Positions 39,494 through 51,609 of a DNA stretch of 64,000 bases are shown in pieces. Position 1 is the first letter of the stretch. Each line of letters begins with the position of its first letter. The notes beneath the pieces are model-generated. The model was not told where the DNA came from. It searched no databases and was given only the letters and a program-made list of their open reading frames with translations. The position numbers and the translations under genes were made by a program. Source of the DNA: Azolla caroliniana (taxonomy: Eukaryota > Plantae > Polypodiophyta); NCBI GenBank assembly GCA_043228905.1, contig JBHGNT010000001.1, positions 33,108,001-33,172,000 of the forward strand. Direction: 5' to 3'.

Positions 39494-40829
39494 CTCTACT
39501 ACCAAACGTGATATTCTTCAGAGCACTCTAGACAATAATTTAGACCAGTATCAGGACGTAGTTCCTATCATAGCCACGATATTGTTGTGCATGATGAAAT
39601 GTTCAGATCAGAAAGACAACAATTTGAACCAGTATCAAGATGGATATGGGAAGCACGACCTCGACGTGCATATGATAAATCTTTTAAGCAATAATGCAAC
39701 AATTTAGACCAGTATCAATGTGCACTTTCTTCAATAGATGAGAATCCTGATCTCACGATGTATGAATTCTTCAGAGCAAAAAGATACAGTATACTTCCTT
39801 ATATGGAAATGTGTAAATTCATTGTGTATAAGAAAGACAATAATTTATACCAGCATCAAGATGTACTGCCTTTAACAAATGAGACAGCAGCAACCATTTC
39901 GCTCTATATTGAGATGTATTGTGGTTCTAGTTGAGTAGTGAATCAAAGTGCAGTCTTCTTGGTCTGAGGATGAAAATCTCTCTCCAGTGTGGCGATCAGT
40001 AGATGGGAGAGCTCAAACTGAACACCTTCTTTATCTTGTCAAGATGTACTGCACTTAATGGATGAAAAGTATGACCTCGATAAAAGAAAAGCAGTTTTTT
40101 TATCCTCTAGAGATGGAAATCTCACATTCAAGCAGGGATGGACAGCATTAGACCTGCATTGATATGTAATGCATTCCATGGGTAAGAAGCAGGATTTGGA
40201 TAAGCAAAATATAGGCTTTCTTCTTCTGTGTGATGATGAAATTCTCTCTCCAGAGACCAGAGAGAGAGAGAGAGATCAAACAAAAGAAAAATTAGTAATC
40301 GATTGGTGTTGAGTTCCTTGGAGGGTTGAAATCAAAGGGAAGATATTATAGAACTCTTATCAAGATGCACTGAGTTCTGTGTACAAGAAACATATAGACT
40401 TTCTTCAGGGTAATGAGGATGAAAATCTCTCCCGGATAGTGGAGAGAGATCAAACTGAAGACAATCTAGACCTTTGGATCAAAACATTATTCGGAAGAGC
40501 AAAAGGCAGACATTGCTTCTGTCCGGGGAGATGGGAAAAAAAAAACCTCTCTTCGGGCGTTGATTCAAATCCTTCTCCTTTATCCTCTCATCCTCTAGCC
40601 CCTCTTCCTTTCTTTTCTAACTTTAGTTGGTTCTTTCTTACCTTCTTACCTGGCTTTGCTTGACAGTGCGGGTTCCCCTGAACCTGGAAATGGTGATGGA
40701 GATGACAATTGAGATGGAGATGGAGATGAGGGGGAGGTGTAGGAATCTGTGTGATATACGTCCTGCAAAGAGCCGATCAATTGTCTTCACGGAAGACGAA
40801 GAAGCAATGGATAGCTCTCTGTCTGTCTG

Positions 40830-40866
<37 letters not shown>

Positions 40867-41072
40867 GGCAGAGAGACAGAGAGAGGTCTCTTGACCTCGC
40901 TTGACCTGTTCAGGGGAGGCGGTGAGGTTGGGGAGGGGACGGGGACTCTAGAGTTACGCCCTTTGACGAGAGAGCTCATTTTAACTCGACCAGGGTTAAA
41001 CCTTAACCACGGTTAACCACATATATATTGTAATTTCTAACCATTACTGGTCCTTTCGTGTCCCTCTAAAAT

Positions 41073-41348
41073 AAATTTAAATCTCCCAAAATACCCCTGA
41101 ATCCTTCTCTTTATTTAGTATTTTTTACCCACCAGCACTTGTTCAAATTTCGGGTCCTGGCCTAGATAACCACGATAGATATCAGTGTACTAATTATGTT
41201 AGTTGGAAACAAATTTAAATCTCCCAAAATACCCCTGAATCCTTCTCTTTATTTAGCATTTTTTACCCACCAGCACTTGTTCAAATTTCGGGTCCTGGCC
41301 TAGATAACCACGATAGATATCAGTGTACTAATTATGTTAGTTGGAAAC
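41073..41348. repeat. Near-perfect 138-bp tandem duplication in the divergent ARMC8/KNL2 intergenic region
   Basis: aaatttaaatctcccaaaatacccc...ttagttggaaac at 41073-41210 and 41211-41348, one mismatch seen (tagta vs tagca). Confidence 0.95.
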
Positions 41349-43045
41349 AAATGTGGAATGGTTGATGCCCCATGTAGTCCTCTAAGCATTGTTAATGCTT
41401 AGGGACAAAGATGATTTGTCTTTTTAATCTCTGCACTGTCTCCCTGATGTTTCCCCGAATAAATTGACCCCCCTTTGTCGAGAAAAGTGAGATGCAATTG
41501 TCGTATGTGTTGCTCATGTACAATATACTTGTGTGAAACATATTGGATGAACGGATTGTTATCATTTCTCGAATAAAACTTACACGAACTGCTTCCACCC
41601 TATGGGGTTTCTCAGAGGGGAATAAAAGAGATACATCAAGGTGTTGCATAACTTTTTCCCCTCTCAATTATCAACTTTCACCATTGTCTAGCGCTTGCTT
41701 TACAATCATGCCTTTTTCATCATTTCAGTTTTCCACAAAAATCAATCATTCATTTGGAGGGATGCCTTGATCACAGTGTTCGTTATTGTTGCCCAGTTAG
41801 CACTGATTGCAAACATTGATATACAATTACTCCCTCTAAACCACGACATATAAGACATTTGTTATTGTTGCGTGTGTTCAAAAGCATGACGTTGTTTAGA
41901 ACAAGGGTTTGGTCCCTAACTACAACCTTGGGAATGGGCACAATAGAAGTATTGTGGGTTTTATCAACACGCTCGTATATATTTATGGTTTATATATAGT
42001 ATCAACATACGATATTATAAGTATTATCACCACATTATAAGTATATGTTGTTCAAGCTACCAAAATAAATGCATGCATGTAACTATTAAAATCTCGAAGA
42101 AGGGATGTGCACACAATATCGTGATTTTTAATTTAACAATGCTTGTCCATCTCTGTGTGACATTTGTTGACATACTTGTTTGAATTTCAAAGAAGATTGG
42201 AATCACAACAAAAATGATATCTTGCTTCGATCGATAACCTAGAAAGGCGATGCATTAATTACACCAAAGTCATGTTCTCGTATTTGAATTTCATCTTACT
42301 TCTCACATAGAGCCACCATCTTTCCAATTACATTACCACGTAGAAATATACATTATTTGTTAGAGCTAACAGCCTCGCTTGCCATTATTGCAAACCTTCT
42401 AACTTTGATTGGTTATGATATTTTGAATTTCCGAAATCATTCCTCGACTTTATATATATTTTTGGTTTGAGGCAATGAGAATAAGGTCATGTTTGGGATA
42501 TTATGCAAGCCACTTTTGCTTTCTTGTTAGGCGGTAGGCATATGAAGTTAATGGGACATCTACATAAGTCGGAGTATTGAATTAGGCGATTTTGCTATTG
42601 GGTGCATGTAGAGATGGTCTTATAATTTATTAGTGGTGGTGTGAGGGTTTAGCATGTCCCTTTACCCAGATAACGACGACACTTGCAAAGAATAAGGAGG
42701 AGGAGAAGAGGAGAGAAGACCCATGAAAAATGGTGTGAGCTTTATGCAGGGAGACTTGCACGTACGAATTTGTTATGGGGGATCTCGCCAACCCAACTAG
42801 GGCACCCAAAATTTAATCGAGTATAAAACGTATTTCTAAGCTTTACCTCATCCTTATAATTTTGGAGGGTGATTGTGGAAGTGGTTGAACGAAGAAGAAG
42901 AAGAAGAAGATGAAGACAACGACGAAGAGAAGGGTATTTGGGGAATAAAAAATAAGGGAGGGGCATGCGAGTGGATTTCCAAAACCTAATCCTCTAAAGC
43001 TTTGTGTTTTGAAAGCCTTGGCGCCCTCCCTTATTCATACACGCA

Positions 43046-43088
<43 letters not shown>

Positions 43089-43089
<1 letters not shown>

Positions 43090-46000
43090 TGGATATGGAT
43101 GCAGACACAGAAACTGATACAGATATCCAAGCCCCTCGATCAAAGCCGAAGCCAGCCCTCCTTTCCTCTTCTCCTTCTCCTTCTCCCTCTCCTTCTCAAA
43201 CCTACACAGAACGCGATCACTTGTATTGTGACAACAACAACAGGAGCCAGAAGAACAGGGATCACAGCAATAGGGCTCCTTCACATAATATGGATTCCGC
43301 AGGAAATTCCAGCCCTTCTACTACCACAAATAAGGCACATTGTTGCCATTCAACTCCGATTTCCACCCATTCAAGGGCTGCCCATACGCCCTGGTGCCAG
43401 AATAGGGGTCAAACTTGCACACAAAGCACCGATATAAACACAGGAGATGGAATAGAGCCTCTCAATCGATCTCTACTCCTCCCAAATCAATTTTCACAAT
43501 CACCTTTTGCAGATTATATATTGTCCGCTCATTACGATCGCCACCAATATCACCAGCATCACCAATCATCTCGGGGTGATATATCCCCTCCAGGTCATGA
43601 AAGATTTGCTTCTCGCGATTCCAATGTTTTGGGTGCTCGTGGGTTTGCATCTCATGAATGCGATGATTTGGGTTCTCGTGGATTTGCTCCTAGCAGAAAA
43701 GGATTTTCTTGTGAATTCAATGATTCGGGCTCTTTTGGATTCACACCTAGTAGTAAAATATTTTCTCATGATTTGGGACCTCGTGGATTCATGTCTCGTG
43801 AATTCAATGGTTTGGGCCCTCACGGATTTGCATCACGTGACATTGAGAATTTGGGCTTTCGTGGATTTGCTTCTCCTGCTGTTGAAGAGGTTAGAAGACA
43901 TCATTTTTTCCTTATTTATTTGTTCACATACCATGAATTTTTGGAAATATACTTTATTGCTCACACATGTATGAATCTAGGGAATCCTAGATGTAAAGAA
44001 ATAGGATTTCCCTATGCACATAAATCTATGGAGGCATACGTGCAGAGAACTATCTCTATGTTCTAGTAAGCGACCTTGGTAACCAGAATGGTCCATTGCT
44101 AATATCTTGTAATGATATGGTAATTTTCCTTCAATTATCAATATACACAGCCTATCAGAGCAGACTTACAAAAGAGCAACATCTAAGCATTAGGAAGTTG
44201 TCTAGACAGGTTAAACCAAAACTATCACTTCTGGTTTTGTTTAAAAAGATGGTAATGTCTGGAATTATCAGTTAATAATCCAAAAATAAAAAATGATAAT
44301 GTGAACATGTATATCATGGGAACATATCTACCAGGGAACAGTCTCTAAACGTTAGGAATCAGGCATGGTAACTGAAATTTTTGATTCATAATATATTTAG
44401 CTCCATGGGTTTCATAATAATATAAACTTGCACAACTAACATGAAATATCCTTAATTTTCCCCAAATATTTGTCTTGTTCAAGCTTTGCCCCAGTTGGCG
44501 CTATTTTTTGAGGATTGTTTCATTAAGTTGCTATTTTGTCCATTTATAAAATTTGCTTTCTTCAGTTCATTTACTTTAAACAGATTGTTTCATTAAGTTG
44601 CAATTTTCTCCATTACGTTCTCGAAACATTATTGATACAACTTCATAGGGGGCCTTCGTTGTCCTTGTATGCTTCTTGCTACAATAATACATATGGTTCT
44701 TTAGAAAGAGAGTGAGAGAGAGTTCATTATATTTTTGCATCACACTTGCATAATTCTCAAGATATTTTCATCAGCCCTTCCCATTCCCGGGCACATCATC
44801 GAAAGGAACACATTGTTATTCATATGGGGCTTTATCAAATGAGGTATTTATAGTCTTGATTTCCTTTCTGGCTTAAGTTAAAAATCTGTGTTGGAAGAAG
44901 ATATATGGTTTGTGTCATTCAGATTACTCTCTACCATTGGTACTTGATTCGACCTAATGGTTATCATAACTCCGGTATCGCAGTTGGAGGGTTTTTAAGT
45001 ACGAGGTGAGGTCTTCATTTTGGTTTTCCTATTTAATTCTATTGCCTAGCACAATTTTGCTTCATAGTTCTGGCAAAAGTTAATTATGCTTTAAATTTAT
45101 ACAGAGCAATTGATAATGAAACAATAGCGACAACAGCTATTATCAAACGCTTGGAAGAGCGCAAGCTGCTGTCAAAGAATGGCATTGTAGTTAATCTTGT
45201 AGGCACAATCAATGACTGTGCTACAATCGCTAATGGCTTTCCTCATCAGGTGATAATGTAAAACATTTGTAGCAAAATCCTCCATTTTAAGGTAGAGTAA
45301 CCAAGTTGATGAAGACGGAAATATGGGTATCAGTAGCCACAATGTAACGTAGAATGTGCTGAATTCTTTTGGGCAGATGGTACAGTTATTTCTCTCAGGA
45401 TTTCCAAACATATGGAATCTGTTGGTTGGAATGGCTTTTCCAGTTAAACAGTTAGGAGCAGCCTCTTGCTCTGAGTTTTTGGGTGGAGGCGTGTTGCCTG
45501 AATCTTTAAACTTGGAAAGGGATACCAAGCATGCTCGCCAGTCTTTATTTTCTGAATGTAAAGAAAAATTACCCAGTTCTTGCCTTGACTTTCGAAACCG
45601 GTAGGATCTTCATTTGCCTGTAAAACAAGATTTTTGCACAATAATTAATACAGAATGTGGATAATGACATGTCACTCTTTTTGAATATTAGAGCTCAAGC
45701 TGATACAGAGAAGAACTCTCTTGTTGATGGTAACACAAACATCCAAATCACCCCCAAAAGAAGAGAGTCAACATTGGACATCGAAACGACCAGAGATCCC
45801 AATGAAGGGATAATGCAGGATAATCCTCTTCATGTTAGAATGGAATGCTATGTAAGTAAGATGGAATGGAATGCTCTTCATTGTCACACATTTTTATCTA
45901 TCATCTTTTTGCATGTCTACATCTTGCTCCACCTAAGTAAGAATTAATATGGTAGTAGCTTTAATTATTGTGTGTGCTCCAGTAATTAATATTTGTTGTT

Positions 46001-49000
46001 ACCATGTATATAAGGAAGAATTAATGTATTTAGCTATGGTTACTATCATAGATTGACCCATGCGTGATATTCGTAGTATTCGACATCCGTAATATTCGAG
46101 AATACGAAATGACCCCAAGAATATTATAGAACCATTCGTTTATTTATTTATTATTTATTATTTAAAAAAATAAATATTTTTACATCTATTATATAAAAAC
46201 TTTATTAGTGTGAGGTCCCCTTTTTAATGTCAAGAGAGTAAAAAGTAGGGAATTAATGAACATTTTATTTATTATTTATTTTTATTGTTTTATTAAAAAT
46301 AAAACAGATACTTTTAAGTTTTTCATCTAATGTGAGATAAAAATACGAAATTTTATGGGAACCTTTTATTTATTCTACTTATTTACATATTTTTATTTAT
46401 TTATTACTTTATTAAGAAATAAAACAAATACATTTAAGTTTTATATCTATTCTAAAAATATTATTAGTGTGAGGTCTCCTTTTTAATGTGAGATAAAAAT
46501 ATGAAATTTATGGCTACCTTTTATTTATTTACATATTTTTATTTATTTTTTGTTTTATTAAAAAATAAAACAAATAATTTAAGTTTTATATCTATTCTAA
46601 AAGTGGGGAACTAATGAACCTTTTATTTATTATTATTTATTAAAAATAAAATAGTTTTTAAGTTTTTCATCTATATTATAAAAATATTATTTAGTGTAAG
46701 TCTCCTTTTTAATGTGAAGTTAAATATCCCCTATTTAATGTGAAAGTCTCTTTGTTATATGATATATTAAAAAACTAAAAAGTATGAACTCTTTTTTTTA
46801 TGAATATTTTTTCATGCATTCTTATGCGTATTCGTATGCATTCGTTTGGTAACCCCCACGAATGCGAATATGTCAATCTATGGTTACTATGTACATCTCA
46901 GTGGGCAAAACCTTCAGAAATCTTCCTTGTCAAAATGGTCATATCTATTTGCATCCCACCAACCTTTACATACTGGACATATGGCTGAAAATCTGTCTTC
47001 ACAATTCCCATAAATTGTTCACTGGAGTTTATCATTACTCTTTTGCCAGGTTGGATCCAGTAAGGTTTTGTCTGAACAAGATAACATAGATTTAGATCCT
47101 CTTATTCATGCACAACGTGCCAATAAATCTAGTGATGATGCAATTGCAAAGGTCATGCATTTGACAGCAGTCCTGTGGTACAAATGAGATGAACGAAAAA
47201 TACAGTATTATTCTGCCGCACATGTATGATACAGCTAACATACTGTGAGGTGATATCGTCCTGTGCAGAAAGAAAACAAAGAGGAACCAGTTGATGCTGA
47301 TATTGCAATAAATATTAATACTCCGGAAGAGACATTCCTTTCAAAAAATTCAAAGCTTGATGTGGACAAATCTGAGGCAGTTGCAACTTGTGAAAATATA
47401 GGTGCTGTGGCGGATTCTTGTGGAGAGTTGAACCAAAGTTTGGAGGTGCCATGTATTGAATCTCCAATTCGAGATGAATGGTTAGTTCTCCTGTTGTTTG
47501 ATGACAGTGCTTGTTTTTCATTATGCTGAAAGTACCTTTGTTCAGTGAGACAGAACAGAATATGGGGGCAATTGCATCTGTGGATGGTTCAAGGAAAAGA
47601 AAAGTCAGATTTCGAAGTAAAAATGAATCTGTGGCTGGATCTTCATCCCAAACCCAAGAAAGCTCAGAAACCGATTCAAAGCGTGTATGCCAAGAGCCCT
47701 TTGATAAACTTGATCAGGAGCCAGAATCCACTCCGGCACAAAATATGGATATGGAGACACAACTTCTTAGCAAAGACATTTCACATAAAAAAGAAATTTC
47801 TAAGAAGAGGGGAAAACCGAAAAAGAAAGTTAGACTTTGCCTTGCAAAACCGAGACGATCGAATAAGTGCATGGTATTCATGAAGTATTTGTAACTGATT
47901 CTATGCAGATATGACTATTTTTGTGGATCCATTTGTTGATAGGGAATTTGTGATGCAGATTTCGAAGCAAAAACAGGGTAAGATGAAAAATCCCGTCTCT
48001 TTGCATGAGGAAGAGAAGATGGATACCAGTGAAAATTCTAAAGTTGCTTCTGAAGAACAGGAAGACTGTAGAGGAGAAATGCAACAAACTAAGAAAATAG
48101 ATGTACGTGTAGTTTTAATATTTTTTCTTGGAATATTGGAGAATGCTCTGACAAATATTCTTCTTTGATATTGACTCTTTAATGCATAACTAAATGTCCC
48201 TGATGCTGAATTGTTGATGGATGCAGTAGAAGTATTATATATAAAGAAATTACCCTAAAATAGCAAAGTGGCTTGGCAACATGTAGACGCAAGAATATTA
48301 CTGATGATGGTTGAATACTATAAATAAAATGTCTATTATCCTGTCTTTATGTCAGTATGTTTGGTTGTGTGTGAAGGATGATAGAAATAATGGAAATGAT
48401 CCTGCATCTTCTAACGAGGAAAACGGCATGCAAGCTGATCAAGGGTCAGAATGGGAGAACAAAAATTGCAGAGAAATGGCTCATCAAAAAGTGGACACAA
48501 AGGTAATGTTTGATTTGATATCAGACTTCTTTGAGTGATATTGTAACTGTTTTTGGCAACAATAGATATCATGTGTGATAATCCTTGGCTTTTGATTGTT
48601 ATTGCATGTGGTACTGATATATTGTCTCATTTATAACCAGGATTGAATATAGGTTTGCTTGTAATCTAGCCTTCGAAATTTAGAACTTCGTAAAGCAAAA
48701 TCACTGCATTCAGAAGAGAGAAAGAAGGTATAGAGTGAGAAAGTTCTGAACCCAATTGTAGAATATAAAAAAGTTGGAGAATACAAGCTGTTGTATTAAT
48801 GTCAAAGAAAAAACATGAAGGTATCCTCATCCTTCACTTTGGCTATTATATAGTCAAAGAATGAAGTGATTGAGCATCTCAGTACGAGGTGGCATAGTTA
48901 TGTCAATATAGTAGCCAGATAGTATTATTGCCAGTGCTTTGTGAGACTTCTGTCTCATGGAAGTAGATAACATATTATGAAGAAAGGCACGAAGTTGTTT

Positions 49001-51609
49001 GTGATACTATAGTGATTTAGATGGAACATAGTATGTGAACTTTGCTTTTAACTACCACAAAGCGTTAATGTAAAGATAAATAGTTCCCTTAATAGCTGAA
49101 AATAGTGAAAATCATCTATGTAGAATAGGTAGGTTTGTAAGCACAGACAGACGCGGTCTCCACTTTATAGTGAAGTTTCCTGCTAGCAATGCGACTGTAT
49201 TCCTGAGATATAAGATGGATCAAATATTCCAGGACTTGCAAGGGATTTGCAAATTTTACACATGATTGACTGTTTGGCTAAACTTGTTCGAAACTTAAGA
49301 GATTCTCTTGAATAAAATTATCCTCACAATTAGAAGAAAATTGTCACCAAAGTTGGTACATGTGGATCGGCATCGTTTAATACGTTGCAAAAACCATAAA
49401 ATAACTTAGTGCATACTAAAATGATAATTAAGTATCGGACATTACAAAATAAATTGTCTTTGTTTAAGCCCCATGATATGCTTTTAATTGGAAAATGTAA
49501 CATATGAATCTTTAAAGATAGTATTGGGTAATGATTTGTCAGAAAAGACGCATATATACAATGTACAGACAAAATATGTTCATTACTATGACAAGATACT
49601 TATAAAACACATTTAAGACTAATCTATTTATAGATCCCACCAATTCACTGGTAGTTTGTAGGCCAATGTCTCAACATATCTCAGGAATCTTGAGGCATAG
49701 TTAGCAGGTATTGTTCACTGATAATAAGAAGATAGTGGAAAAAGAAATTTGGGAATATAAATTGCTATAAATTTGTATGAGAAACTTTTCAAATCAGACA
49801 AATCAGAGTTTTTAAGGACAAATAATATACATATACTTGATTCTAAATTGAGGAAGCATTATTCATCTAGATACACCTTCACATGATTGGATTTTATTAT
49901 TTCTTGTCAAAGCTGTGTATGCATGAACGAAACCGGTCTTTTAGTATACTAGTATACTTTGCATGCTTGACTATTAAACAGTTATGTATGATATATGTAA
50001 TTATCTAAATTATTAAAACCCGTATTTCAATCTCTCCAGGCTAGAATTGAATCATGTGTTTCACGATGCTCATTGAGTACGATAAACAGTCCCGAAGATG
50101 AATGCAGCGTCAAGGATACCCCTACTGATATTTCAGCATGCAAAGTGGCGAGGGTAACTTACAATACACCAGAATAAATTTTGTATTGCAAGTCATGACT
50201 GCCATTTGTTTTCGTTTTCTCTTTATGGGGGATGGGGCAATTGATTGCCATTTGTTACAACCTAGTTGTAAATATATTGTATTTACTTATACTTATGTGT
50301 ATGTACTAGGGCTACCCCCGAACTCTACAATTTGTAATTTGTTTACTATCTGTATTAGTAGAGTATATAAAATAATATTCAATGTGAGAAGGCATATTAG
50401 TGGGTATAGCCCTTTTTTATATATGGATGGCTCTAGAAATTCCTGTGGCAGCATATGCTTATGATGTGGAAATTGCCTTCATGTGTCAATCTATTCTTCT
50501 GGCATAACCTCTTTAACTTCATGCATTTATAACATGCCATGTTTGTTCTCTCCAGAATAGACTTCCGCCCCCACTTCCAATGCCAACAGTATCAGTGTCA
50601 AACCAGCTTGTTTCAAAAGCATTTGGGCTGAAAACATCCAGATCTGGTATGTGATATAGAGAAGTATGGATTACATTTGTTTTTCCAACTTTATGTGGAG
50701 CAATCAAATGATAGATTGCATTTCTGTGGGTTGCTATTTTTGAGGTAGTCAATGATGGACGTGGGAGTTGAATTCCTGACTTCTCCTTGCGTTGGTGTTT
50801 ACAATGAAAAACATATTCTGATACGTTTGATTTGACTTGGATAGGAAGGCTACTTGTTCCACCATTGGCGCATTGGCGCAATCAGAGTATAGTCCGTGAT
50901 TCGGTAACTACTTGACACTTACTTCCTCTCTGATGTTGTTGAATGATATATGTTTTATGCTGTTGAACTAGAGAATATCATGCATTTACACATTCACATA
51001 TTGTATGAAATCCTCCTATGCATTACTCATGGAATGTAATTCACCATCATATGAAATATTATGCTACAGTCACAACACTAACGAAATCTGTATCGATGGA
51101 TTGTTTGCCTAACAATCCATCGATACAGATTTCGTTAGTCTTGTGACTGTAGCATAATATTATGCACATGTTTGTGTACTATATGAAATCCTAATAATTA
51201 TGGAGTGATGGGACAACTCATTATGTGCACGCTGAAATGTGCAGTTCATCACTGATGGGATGTGATTCACACATCATATGAAATTGTACTTATTATCGAT
51301 TGCATTTGATATTTTAGGATGGTGGAATAATTGCTATTGAAGATGGATCAAAAGACACCATGGGGGTTGATACAGGTCTGTAAATTATTATTATGCGAAA
51401 TTGTGATTTAAAATACGAGGTTAATTGATATTGAAAGAAAACTAATACTTCCTTATTTCATTTGGTTAAATGCAGGGCGTTTTAATTTCAAGCCACCTCT
51501 CGAGGCAAGAGCGAGAAAATTACAAAAGTGGCTCTCGGTTACCGCTTCCAAGTGTTTCATGCAAAAGCTGAATTCACGTGCAAATAAGAAGAAAAGAAAT
51601 GTCACATGA
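43089..51609 (+). CDS. KNL2: Kinetochore protein KNL2 / M18BP1 homologue (SANTA domain plus C-terminal CENPC-k motif), about 15 exons
   Basis: Exons 44923-45005, 45105-45249 and 45377-45600 splice to ITLYHWYLIRP...IAVGGF...TTAIIKRLEERKLLSKNGIVVNLVGTINDCATIANGFPHQMVQLFLSGFPNIW (SANTA). Exons 50556-50646, 50845-50903 and 51318-51375 give GLKTSRSGRLLVPPLAHWRNQSIVRDSDGGIIAI (CENPC-k). First exon 43089-43889; last exon 51476-51609 ends in a basic NKKKRN. Middle low-complexity exons (45692-50153) are less certain. Confidence 0.9.
46047..46882. mobile_element. Non-autonomous hAT-type MITE (836 bp) in a KNL2 intron
   Basis: Perfect 11-bp TIRs CATAGATTGAC / GTCAATCTATG; 8-bp TSD GTTACTAT at 46039-46046 and 46883-46890; very AT-rich core with internal repeats. 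Confidence 0.92.
51055..51161. repeat. Near-perfect inverted repeat: 51-bp arms, 5-nt loop, one mismatch
   Basis: 51055-51105 is the reverse complement of 51111-51161 apart from one C/C mismatch; loop TGCCT. Confidence 0.97.

Noticed and set aside
48821-48830. U12-type donor-like GTATCCTC in KNL2
   Set aside because: The upstream segment has stops in all frames tried, and the flanking exons (ending 48502, starting 50040) already join in phase.
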